From assembly GCA_000934665.2 (NCBI GenBank), contig JYFJ02000032.1, positions 186,001-220,057 on the forward strand: a stretch of 34,057 nucleotides of DNA. The letters run 5' to 3'. The translations under genes were made by a program, and so were the position numbers. The notes below the pieces were generated by a model, which saw only the letters and a program-made list of their open reading frames with translations, searched no databases and was not told the DNA's origin. This document shows, one piece after another, positions 12,331 to 25,300 of this stretch. This DNA is from Catajapyx aquilonaris (taxonomy: Eukaryota). Within the stretch, counting starts at the first letter, position 1. Every line of letters begins with the position of its first letter.

Positions 12331-13879
12331 ATATAGGCTGCTCCGATAATGTATGCGTCACTTGTTTGTGTACTGCAGGTTCTACGCCTGCAGTATTATT
12401 ATAATGGCAGGTTCGCCGATAACGGCGGTAGTGCCCCACTTCTTGTTTACAAAATGAAAATTAAGCTTCCCTACAGCAATTTAATTTCTGGGCGCACTAA
12501 CCCCATTTGCCTTTTACTGTAAAAAGCGCATATTTTTGTAAATACCACCAACAATTGGTCACAGGATACGGCACCTTAAACACGTCAAAACCGGCTCCTT
12601 TTATTCTTGCATAAAATTAGACACGACATGAATTAGACAGCGTTATGGCCCGGAACATCTGCACTTTTCCATTGTGCAGGGCTTCATTATGACGTTACTT
12701 TTCTTATATGAGACGCGTATCTGACGCCTGTTTCTTCCATTCTTCACCTTCATTTTTTGTGTCCGCATCTTCGGCACGTCACAAAGTCCTCTGGTGAATA
12801 AAGTCCTCAGCAGACATCGGGGGGTGTAAAAAGGAGAGAGGCTTCATCCTGGGCATCCCCGAGACAAGTGTAATCCGGCGCCTGAAGCACCCTTCCTCTA
12901 AACAAGTCCCTCCAACCGGGTGTTTCTCGCACGGAAGTGACGTGTAAATTACTCACCGACAGGCGCACAATGGAGGACTCCTTGTAAATTTGGCGCAGAT
13001 GACTCCCCCTTACAAGAGTTTATGACGGCGGGACGTAAAAGTCTGCCAGACGGCCACTCCCTTACCCGTTTAGCCCGGCTTTCTAGTTTACAAAAGAGAT
13101 CCGGCAACAACCAAGGAGAATCAATATTACACCTTGTACCATGTAACATAATGCGACCATTTTTTTTATAAAGGAAAAGGAATTTGTGGCCAAGGCGTGA
13201 TGCAACGGGTCTGTAATTATTATAACTGCGGTTGGGGTGGTATTTTTGATGTCCTAGGTTATTTTAACACTTTAATCGGGGGGGCCGCCGGCTCAGTGGG
13301 TCACGACCCAGGCGCAACAATTGGGCGTCTGTGGGCATGCATAAATTGTGAAACAGGTTTTGACATCGTTGGGGCTAAGTAGCCACCCGTGTAATGGTTG
13401 CGGTGGCCTGCAACGTCAGAACCGCACGGAAATTATTGTCTACAATTGTTGGGACTGCTGGCCTGGAAATCCGCACTTCTTCAGAAAACGTAAAAACCCC
13501 TTTTCCCTGGGAGATTTCCAGCACAGACACTTTTAGATTGAACCGTAATTTATGCCCAGGGTTTTCCCCTCGGCGGTGCCCTACAAAATATCAATGTGTT
13601 AATTTGTTTTGTTTGCAGATAGGTCCCCTCCCCCAGATCTGCTTGTGCATTCCAAGTCCATTTGCGCACGGTCATTGAGGGCCGATAAACACGCCTGTGT
13701 TTCCATTGTTCCCCTGGTGCGCAGGACCCCCCACCCCCCTTTTTTGGAGTGTAAATTAGTTTGTCGTTGCGCCAATAGATTCATTTGTATGCTGGCCAGC
13801 AGGTGTGTCTACTACTATCTATGCCAAACTTTTTTTTTAAAATTCTCTCTCCGTGATGCTGATGGTCCGATCCGTCTGT

Positions 13880-14200
13880 TGGAACTCGCTTAGGATGGAT
13901 TTTCCTTCCTGCAGCAGCCACCAGCAGCTGCTTATCGCCATGGCTAGTGCTGCTGCTTCATTGCTAACTGAATGGATTCAGGGCAAACTAAAAGTTCCTT
14001 CTCCGAGGGGCCTTGCGGAGACGGGATGCATATTGCATGAGGACTTGGGTGGGCTCCCTGGGATGAGCCATGGGAATCTCTCCATCCCTGGGGAGTCCAA
14101 CAGAGGGGGGACAATAATTATTACTCGGGGGCGGTCGCTCGGGACCAGTACCAGCACGCTTCTCCAGGAGTCGTTTTGGACCCATTCTTGCCAGCCCATG
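13880..14200 (+). mobile_element. Possible decayed LINE RT fragment in intron 2
   Basis: Remnants SHQQLL, LLTEW, QQRG and GVVLDPFL/FGPIL occur in RT motif order. Weak. Confidence 0.3.
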
Positions 14201-17200
14201 AATCATAATTCGGGCGTAACTCTGGACAAACGCGCGTTAGAGCCCGCATAATTTTATGAGAAAATCTGGCCAGAATTGAATGTTTGCCCCCGCTTAGCCT
14301 ACCACATGGAGAGCATCGTTGAACAATAATTTGATTAAACGGGGCAACTTTTTTTCCCCCAATTTAGTGCGTTATTATATCCGGACTACTTGGACAACAG
14401 AATTTTTGCGAAAAATAAAATCCACTTACATTACGTGGTTTTGGCAAACCTGCATCAGGTCGTGTAAATGTTTGGGCAGCACTAATGTTGATGATCAGCA
14501 GTCAAACAACTGTGATGTGGCTTCATGGTGAAAGTATAGGATGCAATGAGATTGGCAGGCATTTAAAATGGCAGTGACAGTTTCAAAACAGGACAGCAAC
14601 AAGTACAGCCTACTGTCCACTGTAAATGGACACCTCCAAAAAAAACAAGAGTGACCGCCGAATATTGGTTAGGGATGAAGGATTGTCAGGGATGGGCAAT
14701 TTGGCAAAGCTCCACACGCACTCTTGGAAATAGAAGAGCTGAAAGAAAGTGGCTAATCGAGCGGACGTGGTTGAGCGACAAAAACACGGGCGCAGCGTTT
14801 GATGCCATGCTGGGTTTGACACGACAAGGCCGACCGGTACAATAACGAATGTGACACTCCCATGACAAATAGTGACACGGTGCGTCACGTTTTCGCCTGC
14901 ATGGGCTTAATCAGTGTCGCATTTGAAAGCCTGGAGAGAAGGTGAGGGTATGTAGAGAACTCCCCTCAAAAAAATCACCGTGAGGTGATCGACTTGAACC
15001 AAATATTTGGCCGGTGACCCCCCCAGATTTTTTTTTGTATCCACAAGATGCACTTGGAATGACTAAAAGTAAGCGCCAATTAGCCACGTGTTGCTCCTAG
15101 TTGTGGGAACCGCTTCATAGGACCGGCCTTTCAGCAAGGTCCGAATTTATACCGTCCTGAAAATGCGATGCCAAAACCTGCGAATCCGGATTGTCGGCGT
15201 GTCTTTTAAATTGCTTTGCCCGAACGAGCAGCCAAATTGGTACAGTTGGGTGCATCTGGGACAGAATCGAGTCCAAATTTGTTGGCTCCAAATGATGCCC
15301 CGAGAGAGACCGGACACTGTCCAGTCCATCAGCCTTGAACACTATAAAACAGTGCGATCAAAAAACCAACCATTGTCTTGTTGGCCCCCAGTTATTTTTT
15401 TTTTTGTCGGCATGATTTATGATCTAGCTTTCACTCCCACGCGTTCTATGTGCCAATAGTTTGATAACGAAAAAAATGGGGTGTGTTGACATCTTCGCGC
15501 CAGATTTTGTGCATGGATTAGACCTTCGGTAAGAAAACGAAAATTATGGCCTAATTATCGGGCTCCGTGACCCTGCTTTTAAATCGAGGCTTAGAATCCC
15601 GGCTCGTAATTCATCCTGACAAGTCGACGCCGAAGTGGAAATGGCTTATGACTGTTAACCAACGCTCTGAAGGACCCTCTAAAAAGAAGGGTGCCGACGG
15701 ATGCCTCTTCACGTCCACTCTAATCGGAAAATGCAATATGCATCCATAATGCAGCGGGGGCTCCTTAAAACTGGACTGATAGGATCCAGTGTTGGTTTTA
15801 GTAATCGGGGGCTTCCGGTTCTGTGACTTGTCAGCCAGCCTCCGGTGGTAAAATCATCACTGGGGGCCCGTTCAGAAAAGATCACAAATCCCTGAAAGTC
15901 CGGGGATCAAATTATTAGCGTAGGAACAATATTTTCGCACCGGTTCGTTTGGGATGCTGGCCAGAGTTAGGGGGGGAGTTATGAACAAAAAAAAATTGGG
16001 TAAAGTCAGCAGCTGAGGCAGCAATGTTTGCAGGAGCAGGATGTTGGGACTCGTTTTTGACCCCTTCCGTTGATGGGAAGCAAGCTGGAAAACCGTTCCT
16101 GCCGGTTGTGCCAACGTGTCTAACTGTACTGGGTGCGCCGGCACTCGACAGACAATGTGACATTAATATGTTCAGCATCTGCTCACTGATCATGACCAAC
16201 GAGCCACAGAAAAAAAAAAGTGCATAAGAAAATTATTGTAGCTCAACCTGAAAAAAAATACTTTTGGAGCAGCGGCTCTGCCATATGTGGCTCGATATGT
16301 GGGCCAAACTTGAGGTGACAATTAGTGGGCAAAAGTCGCGACGAAAATTACGGCCGGCCTCACATAAGTGTGGAGTCATGTTTCGCATGGGGCGCACACG
16401 CACGGACCGGTAATTAATCGCGTCACCTAGAGTGCTCAAGTCATTCAGGGCAATTGACACGCGGAGAAAGGACACACAAAAAAAGGTGTGTGAGAGGACA
16501 AAGTGCTGGCAATATGAATAATAATCATGTAAGGGGGTGGGGGCGAAAAGAGGAGTGATTAGACGGTGGGTTCCGCGTTGGGCTGGAAAGTTCCACTAAT
16601 TGCAGCGGCGGCAGCACTTAAGATCTGCAAGGCGCAGTGGAAGTTAAATTATGCAATTACCTGGAATTCTCCAGCTCCCGTTTGATCTTTGGCGCAAATT
16701 CCTAGGCGCCCCCCTCTCCTTGCACAGCCAGTGCTTTCCACAGATGAATGGGTGGGGCACCCCACTCGTAATTGGCCCCTGAGTGGATCCCAAATCATCA
16801 TGGGCAATATAGTAAAAGGTGCTTTGAATGCGGGATCATGGCCAGAAGCAGGTGCGTTCCTTGCTCTCTGATTCTGCCCCGGGGCGATTATCATTGGATC
16901 ATGCATCTTAACACACGTTTCCGGAAGCGGTCGGAGCAACGGACCCAAGACGTCACTCCGCTCAGACTACCATTTTCCTTCTGGGTGGTATGTTTCTTGC
17001 GGGGGTTTCATGATGTGACCCAGGTCTGACATTATGCTGTACAGTTCCAGCTTATTCATTTTTTTAAGAGCAGTAATAATAAGTTTGTGACACTAATTAA
17101 AAGTGGCTGTAGAACAGTCAACAACTGAACTTTTAGAGTGTATACCACCCTGCATGCACTGTACAAGAACATCTCGGTGGGCAGCAGGTGCAGGTTTGAC

Positions 17201-18687
17201 TGCTTGAAAGTAGTTTGATCGCCCCAATTACAACTGTTGGGCCAGACAAAGAAAATTTTAAGAATGCATATAATCATAACGGAAATGAGATCTTCCTGAT
17301 CCTCTTCGCTGAACCTGCTGAGTTTTTTTTTCCTTCGGTTACTCCAGTTTCTTTTTTGCTCTCTGCTGTCTGCGGAGTTTCCACTCTTTGTAATGATAAA
17401 ATTGTGAAATCCGGAAAGTTTTTTTTTTGTTTCGTCGGCTCCACTCCCAAGTTTGGAGCATTAAAAATGGGAGTAGAAAAAGCATCAGGCTCCAGCTACT
17501 TAGTCGCTTTGGACTATAGCTGATATAGCAGTACGTGGGCAGCTCTATAGTAGTTTACATTTATTATTTATCGAGTGTACATAATAAAACTGAGTTATAG
17601 GCTATAAACGGGGGCCAGTGTATATAGTGTATGCTGGTTTTCTCTTTGAAAAAAACTAAGCACATTATACTTTCAGTGCATGGTCTGTTATTACGTTGTT
17701 TTGACACAATTTCTGGCAGGCATATAGGCCATATTAGGCAGGCCTTTAGGACAGTGAATAATACATGCAAGTACTATTGTGTCTATAAATCTGGGTATCA
17801 AGTTTCATGTAAATCTAATACAGTAACGATATATTCAGAGCTTTTTATTTAGAATTTACTTGAGTTGGTTCGATAAAAGAAGTTTCCATAATGCATTGCT
17901 GTTCACAAAACGAGATGATAATAATGACATATCCGCATGCATGACGCACCATGATGCCATAAATCACGAGGAATCACATGGCAAGCTTCCATTCTTAGCG
18001 GAATTGATTTACTCAATATATTTGCATACTTGATCGTAATTTATATCCGAATTAATTCGCATCGGTAGTGATTTGTGACACTACTGAATCTCGTTGGCAT
18101 GTTATTCAAAAGACAAAATAGTGGCGGCTGTCGACAATTTTGTGTCCGGAATTGCATGTAAATTAATGTCGTTTTAGTGGCCATTCGCCATGGTTTTTGG
18201 ATGGCTTAAAAGCTCGAGCACACTCTTTTAACATTCAATCACTCTTACTCGCGGCTCCATTGCCCCTCCAAGTAACACGCGAAGTAAACTTCGAAGGCTT
18301 TTAAAGGACCCCACCGTGTTTACTAATCGATTTAGTTGAAACTTGCCAACTAATTTTTATTTGCGCAAACACACTTTTTGAAGGCAAGCTTTTCTAACTT
18401 TTTTGTCACATTACATTTTCATGCAATGTAAATTAATATTTTCTCCCACCTGCCGATACGGAAACATTGCAGTCCCTACATGGCAGTTATTTATTCAGTT
18501 ATTCAAAAACTGTGCTATTAAACTTGGCAACACTGCCCCCCATCCGACAGTGGACGTAGTACCATGTCACACAGATGGCGCATCCTCCCTGTCTGCCCAC
18601 TACTGATGACTCACCGCGGACAGAATACGATGGCTTCTTTTTTTAAATATTTGCAATAACCCCATGTGTTTTTGTTGTTATTTCCAG

Positions 18688-18912
18688 GTGGAAGTGCTAA
18701 GTCCCCGCCTGCAGACTCCGGCCATCCTGGCAGCCCTGGTGCTCTTCCACTTCGTCCTGGTGGTGGTGACCGACGTGGTGGTGGGCTGCTTCGAACAGGC
18801 CCACTGGCTACTTCTGGTCACTCAACTCCTGTCCCTTCTATGGGCCCTGGCTCTGGCCGCCGCCTACCTGGTGGCCTTTGGGTCGCTCTACCGCACTGCC
18901 CTTCGACACCAG
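18688..18912 (+). CDS. PRRT3/PRRT4-like: PRRT3/PRRT4-family protein, coding exon 3 (TM4-TM5)
   Basis: Acceptor ttgttatttccag|G, donor CAG|GTAAAA, 225 nt, phase 0-0. Two hydrophobic segments (AILAALVLFHFVLVVVTDVVVG; WLLLVTQLLSLLWALALAAAYLVAFGSLY) and GC-rich third codon positions. Confidence 0.9.
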
Positions 18913-20931
18913 GTAAAACAAGAAAAGAAAACTTGGCGAAGATTCTCCGCAGAAAATGCTGTGCTTTACGGTCTGGGTCACGGGATGGGGGGAGAAAACA
19001 AAAGCCGGTTTTCGTGTCGGTTCCAGATAAGGAACGCGTAATTGCCTGCCCTCACTTAGACAAATAGTCTTACGGCCCTACCATAACTTGAGTAACTGCA
19101 ATGTTTAAGGCGCTCCGAGGGAGCGTGAGTTAACCTTGTTTAGGCAGTATTTCCTGGCGGAAATTGTTGCAGCGAGCGCGAGGTGATAATGCACATCCTT
19201 TTAACGGACGCTCTGCTTATCTGGGAAGCTCGGGTTAATCCAGCTCTACAGGAAGGAGGTTCGCTTCTCATTGCTCAAAAGCCCCCCCTAACGCCCTGGA
19301 AAACCATGCAAAAGGTCACAGAGGAAACTGGACCTAGTCCACTATTGGTTGCTAGAAACACTATTGCCAACCAAAGAGTCGCCAACAAAATTGATCAATG
19401 GCGGTCTGAAATCACATTTCAAAGTACCGAACGATCATTGTTGTCATTACTAAGCAATTTTAAGACATTCGAGTGTAGCAATCAAAGAGCTTGGTAGCAA
19501 TACTGTTCTTAGCCATATGGGCTATAGATTCCTATTCGGGCAAAACGATCGGTTATTTCACGGATCAGTTCAATTGTGCGTATGCAGCTGGTGTCCCGCG
19601 AGGAGTGGCCTGCATGACAGTCTTCGAACCGAATTCTAGCCACATGTAAAATTAATATATGGAGATGTGGGCGGGCAACCAAGCGGTTCGGACATGTCAG
19701 CTGAGAGAAGCTGACCCATATATATCCCAGGCCATTACTTCCCTGTGGACAAACTGTGGGCATTTATTAAAAAAAAGTGACAGTGCTCAGTCCTGATGGC
19801 GGGCAGTTAGACCTGTATATGTAGCTGGGGTCAGATAATTGATGGTCGATTATTCCGCTACTTTGCACAGGCCACGGCTACAAAAATTGACAATGACACG
19901 AGCTTCCACTTGCTGTACTCGGGTGTTTCGAGGAGTGTAAAATTCAACAGATGCAAGTACGTGGGTGGAATGCCCACATTTTGTAAATACTGTATGAGGA
20001 AGCTTATGTTGCTATGGAGTCTCTGGGAAGTATTTTGAGGCTTTATCTAAGTACCTAAAATGTCACCATAAATATTGATATGTCGATACATATTAAGTAG
20101 GTCCACGTGAAAAATAATTTATGCTTCCGAATCTTTGCACTGGGTACAGTATATCGCTTAAAATCTAAAAACTAGCTGGGGCATTACATCACCCTGCGGA
20201 AGCCACTTAGGTGAAGAGCAGTTGAACATGAAATTAATGCCTCCCCTGCAATTTGATTAAAATGTAGTGCGTGGCGGATAGAGCGAAACTAGGAATAAAA
20301 AGCGGTGGGCCTGTAATCAGAGACAGTTTAATCTGTCGGATTAAGCGCAGCCCAATACTGGGACGACGTGCAGGCGGTATCGAGTTTTTCGAGTGCGCCC
20401 TGGTCCGGAGGGATTACGCGTCTGAATTTAGGCCCCCGACCGAAATGTGGGGCAATGTTTTCGTCACTTTATTCACGTGTAGCATGCAGGTCCTACCCCC
20501 CCTCTCTCTTCCCTTGTTTCGCATTTTTTTTTGTGCTAGTGGCGTTCACATGGCGCTGAAGTTATGGACATTCCATGCCGCATATTTTGGCGCAAAAGTT
20601 TTGTGCTCCTGCTTGTCCACGTTTACGAAACTGCGGTGCACAAATGAGATAACCAGCTGCCGCTAGCTGGAGGTCAGAACTAACTTTTACGGCAGCGGTC
20701 ATGTGTATGCATTATGGCTGGTTTTCAACTGCCGAGTCTTTTGTGTTTGACTTCTCCGTCATGCAGCACAGAACTGCCCCCCGTCCGTATACATATGCAG
20801 GTTGCAACTATATACACCGAGTAAACTTTACCTCTGCATGAATTGGATGGCTTCAAAACTAGCCGTCCGACCAAATGCTGGCCTATTCTGCATTTGAAGT
20901 GTCGAATATAATGACAATGCTCCATTTTCAG

Positions 20932-21510
20932 GGTGAAGTGATACGAGCGACGTTCACCAAGATGCACATCGAAGGTGCGGCGCTGCCAAAGAGACTTCCC
21001 AGGCCGACTTTGGGCCTGGCTGTTCGAGTCAGTTTCGCCCTGTCTTTGCTTCTGGTGCTGCTGAGCGGCGTACAAGTGTACGGTCTGTTCGGAGTGTACG
21101 GCCTAGGAGGACTGGGCGGTATGGTGCAGGAGCCCCGACCAAGACCGTGGCCCTGGTGGGGTTTCCTTCTGTCGGAGAGAGTCATCGAGGCTGCTGTAGG
21201 GGCACTGGTGGCCTTCTTGGCTACGAGGCCCATGCGATGCCACGACCCGCAGATGCCGCCTGACCTGGGGCACCACTTGCCCGGGGGTGACCTGCCCGGG
21301 GCAGGAGGACACCATGTGGTGGGGATCGGATCGGGGCAGGTGACCGCGGGTACTGCTCCGGCGGACAGGGCGGCTGTGTTCGCCCTGTTCGGGTGCGGGC
21401 CGCAGTTGGGTTGCGGCCCGGGGTTGTGTCGGTGTGCCGCAGCGCAACCGGACGAAGGGAAGGCGCCTGCTGGGGATGAGCTGTATCCCACCATTTGCAG
21501 CAGCAATCAG
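20932..21510 (+). CDS. PRRT3/PRRT4-like: PRRT3/PRRT4-family protein, coding exon 4 (TM6-TM7, start of cytoplasmic tail)
   Basis: Acceptor tccattttcag|G, donor CAG|GTTGGT, 579 nt, phase 0-0. Encodes LLSGVQVYG and PWPWWGFLLSERVIE, matching the family motifs LLSGALQGY and PWPWW.F...R..E. Confidence 0.92.
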
Positions 21511-21574
21511 GTTGGTGGCATGCAGATCTGACCCAGGCGGATTTGTGGCATGATGATCCTTGAACCCTCGACAG

Positions 21575-21775
21575 GCCATCCGAAACTATGCGCTGACCAC
21601 TGGGAGGACAGTGTACGACGACTCCTTTTCCCTCGGCACGGGCCCCACAGTGGCCCTCGGGGACAAGATGGTTCCTCTCAGCGCGTTAGCCAAGCGGAGG
21701 CCGCTGAAGAAGAGCGCCACCCTGCTGTCCACCCTCTCTGATGGACGCTCCACCGCCCCTCCGTCCTGTCACCAG
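21575..21775 (+). CDS. PRRT3/PRRT4-like: PRRT3/PRRT4-family protein, coding exon 5
   Basis: Follows a 64-nt intron (21511-21574, GT...ccctcgacag) that removes the TGA at 21529. 201 nt, phase 0-0, AIRNYALTTGRTVYDDSF...SCHQ, donor CAG|GTAGGA. Confidence 0.82.
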
Positions 21776-22304
21776 GTAGGAGTCACTCTCAAATCTGTCC
21801 TGTCCAATAGTCCAACCTGAAACGGAACCATAGTGCTGCTATTTGCATTCGTATGCGTCCTTCTCCATTGGCCATCTATGGAAACATACGAAATCGTCCA
21901 AGATGCTCCCGGGCTCCCTTGAGGAACAAAAATCTCAGGTATATGTGAATCCACATGCTAACAACCTATATAAAAGTGCAGGTCACGTATCTACATGGGT
22001 TGGAATCTTCTTGTTGGATTCAGTGTTTCGCAGCAGAATGGTTCCGTCTAATGGTGCTTTGTAGTTTTTTTTCCTCCCTTTTCTTCTTCTTGGGGGAAAT
22101 GGTGTTGTAATCTGGAGTACTAGTGAATGCGTCACCGGGGACCTATAAGATCCTTACCCCCTCCTCCTACCCTCAAAACCTCCACACCTTCCGCACCTCA
22201 CACACCACAATCCCATCCCACCCATTACAGAGCCTTTCCTATCTCCCCCCCCCCCTTTCACACTCGCTTTCGATTATCGGATTCCACCTCCTTTTGCGCT
22301 CTAG

Positions 22305-22334
22305 TACATTGAAGATGTGATCATCCGGTGGAAG
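22305..22334 (+). CDS. Candidate alternative 30-nt microexon (YIEDVIIRWK)
   Basis: Long pyrimidine-rich tract ending ccttttgcgctctag|TAC, donor AAG|GTAACG. 30 nt, stop-free and phase 0-0, so compatible with the flanking exons. No transcript evidence. Confidence 0.5.
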
Positions 22335-25300
22335 GTAACGTTCTCGATGCTTAGAACAATGTTCCGCACGGCTTGTTGGGCGTCCCTTTGGGATATTATC
22401 CAAAATTTACCTCCAAGGCGGAACCGAACCCTGAGTGGAAGGCGATGGGATGCGCCTAAAGCGAACTTTGCAGTTGGCGGAAGGCATTTTCGCCCCCTTA
22501 ATTGTGGGTTGAGAACTGGCGCTGGAAGCAATTTGCTCTTGTTCAGACTCGGATTCGACCCCCACACTACTTCTTCAACTATTTTTTTTTGTACTGCCTG
22601 CGCGGGCCTTTTTCTCTCTGTCTGGCCACCAATTAGAGGGGAGGCCGAGGTCAATTGTGGACACAACAGATTATGTAGGAACGCGGGGAAGAAATCGCAC
22701 CCGGAATTTTCTGCAGGCGTGTATGACCTTTTTGCACTTTAGCGGCTGAGGAAACAGGGTGTAAAAAATAAAAGGGAGACAACGCCAGAAAAGCTCAGCA
22801 GAAAAATTTTGCAAGGTCAGAAAAGGCGAGTCACGTATAGCGAATCCGCAAAAATTGTGCAGAAAATCTTTTCGGGGCAGGACGCACCTCTACTTTTTTT
22901 CTCTCTATATACCTCTGGTGAAAAGTAGTGGCGAAATCTAATTTGTCCCCCTCCCCAACTCCTATCGGCGGTGGCAGCAAATCAGAGGCTCCGAGGCAAA
23001 AAGGTTTCCGGCTCCAAGCGCTTTCCCATCGAACTCATGCTCAAAGTTACCTGCTGGGTGCAGCTAATTACTTTGCTGTCGTTGCCACTTGCCCTTCGCC
23101 ATCTATAGCATGTCGTACCCTACTTCAGGTTATTTTTTTTGTTGCTCGTGTTCAATTGAAGATACTAGATCCGATTCGCGAAGTAAGATTGTTCAAAAAA
23201 AATTGACCTAATTTGATTTTACTAGGAAAAAAATGTAGCATCCCTTGTGGCGCAGCAGGCACAGTGCTCTATCAATGTACATGTCACGACCTGACCCGAG
23301 GCCAACCCGTCGCGTGGTCCTCCCCAGTCTAAACCGAATCAGCTCAAGTTGCTAATTGAATGAAAACGGTGGGGACCCAGCATGGAGGCAAAAGCTCCTT
23401 AAATCCTTCACACTTGAGCAGCACCTCCATAGATCCTCATTGCGACTCATTGACGGTCCCAGCAGTTTTGGGCGCCACTAATAAATTCCTGTCGCGTAGT
23501 GTGGGTTGTCACCACAAGCCCCTTATTTTGCCTCTAGCCAAGTACACTGTTCTTGTAACTCTCTTAGAATCCTAATTTCCTGTCCAGATGACACTAGTTT
23601 GCACCATGGCAGCCCCCCTATATATAGTCAGTGGCCAGTTGCCACCTCGCGATTGATTTATGCGACTGCGGTTGACCACTCGTGGCAAAATGTGAGTGGA
23701 TTATTCCGAACGAGCAGCAAGAGGCCGGGCCCGGTTGGCCGTAGCTCACGCCATGTGTTCACTGCAGGGATCAGGCACAAATATTGTTCTAGCTGCATAG
23801 CGCTGCACTCTAAATAATTTTGAATGTTTTCCCCCCCAACTCAGGCTCACTGTCATATTTGGTGAATAAATATAATAAGAATCACGTCTAGTGCACAGAT
23901 CCCCAAGTATAGCCAGTGACAATAATGAAAAAAGACACAATGAGTGAATTACTCAAACTGAGCCGAAAAGCACTCAATTTATTTGTGTGGTCCCGTTCGC
24001 AGTAAATTTTTTTTTCGTCCTCGAATTTTTCACGAAAGCATTGCGGAAGAGACGATTCCGGGCAAAGTGGCCACAATTGCATTTTGCTCCGTGAAAAGAT
24101 TGCCGATGCGTTAGAGTATAGGAAGAGACGCGCTTCCGAGCAACATAAAAGCTTCGGCCATGTCCCCCCCCTGCCGAAACACACAAGGACACAAACGACC
24201 AAGAATGACTTCATTATCCAAACATTAACCGGGCCTTTCATGTTCTCCGGTACCGTTTACCGTGTTAAATTGGTAGGGGGTGGTTTGCCGAAATGAAAGC
24301 AAACTTGCCAAATTACAGGTGCAGAGAGAAAGAGAGTGCGTCGTGTTTATGGAGAACACCTCCCTGTGGCTTGGCTGTGTGTGTGTCGTGCAATATAACT
24401 CCGCCAACCACCTTTCGAGCTGTCACGCCAGGAAATCATATCGCTCATGCAGAATACAATATAATTTTGGGGAGAACTTGGGGGGAGTCTATAAGGCGGA
24501 GGATCAAAGTAGTAACCCACTTCTGAGCAGGTGGGGAACACTCATCATCAGGTTCGGCTGCCAAACACGGAGCTCACGGAATGCACATTTTTTTGTTGCC
24601 AAAAAAAAACCACCGGTTCGATGTGATAATTTTGGCACTTCCCACAAGTTAAAGACTTTCGGGGAAAAAGGCCTGTGATTTCTTAATTTCTTCGCGAATC
24701 ACTGGGAAATCCGCATGCAATGTTGTCGAAACAATACTCGTCTCTACACACTCTCAACCAAGTAACAGTTTCAAAAAAAAGTAAGCGGTTGCATCAACAC
24801 AAATTAGGGGAAATGTTAAATTAAGTTATGATTAATTTCTGATTTTCTATATTGCCATTTATTTTCTAAGCGATAGAAAATAATATTTGCCGGTTTGCCT
24901 TATGGTTATGACTCTATAATAGCAGCATTGCAATCCCCTAACTGACAGCATGGGAACAAATAATGCGCATTCGTGCAGATGTAATTAGCCGTGTTTTTAA
25001 ATGTGTGGGTTGATCAGTTATGCACAGAGCTAGCTTTCACTTTCCTCTCATGCTGTAATACCTCGTCAATTCTCATTAGGAGCCTAAGCACAATTTATCG
25101 CGTTCGGAGGCGTGTGTCATGCATATCGCGGTCCTCATTTGTCCTCTATTATTACCGCTGCCAAACACATTCTATCTGCATTTTAACTTGCTGACTATGA
25201 CAAAGGTTACCTTAGTTCCTTTCCCGTTCCGGTTTTCAGAAACTATTACGGGAATTAAGCCTCGTTAGAGGAGGGAAGTGTTAATTGTCCTCACGAACTG

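Noticed and set aside
14300..17500. Short 60-130 aa intronic ORFs, some with faint RT-like words
   Set aside because: No consistent collinear motifs, coding bias or splice structure, so a nested gene is not supportable.
22545..22630. Minus-strand GGGTCGAATCC with an upstream TGGCC, possible tRNA-derived SINE head
   Set aside because: Too degenerate to support without a repeat library.
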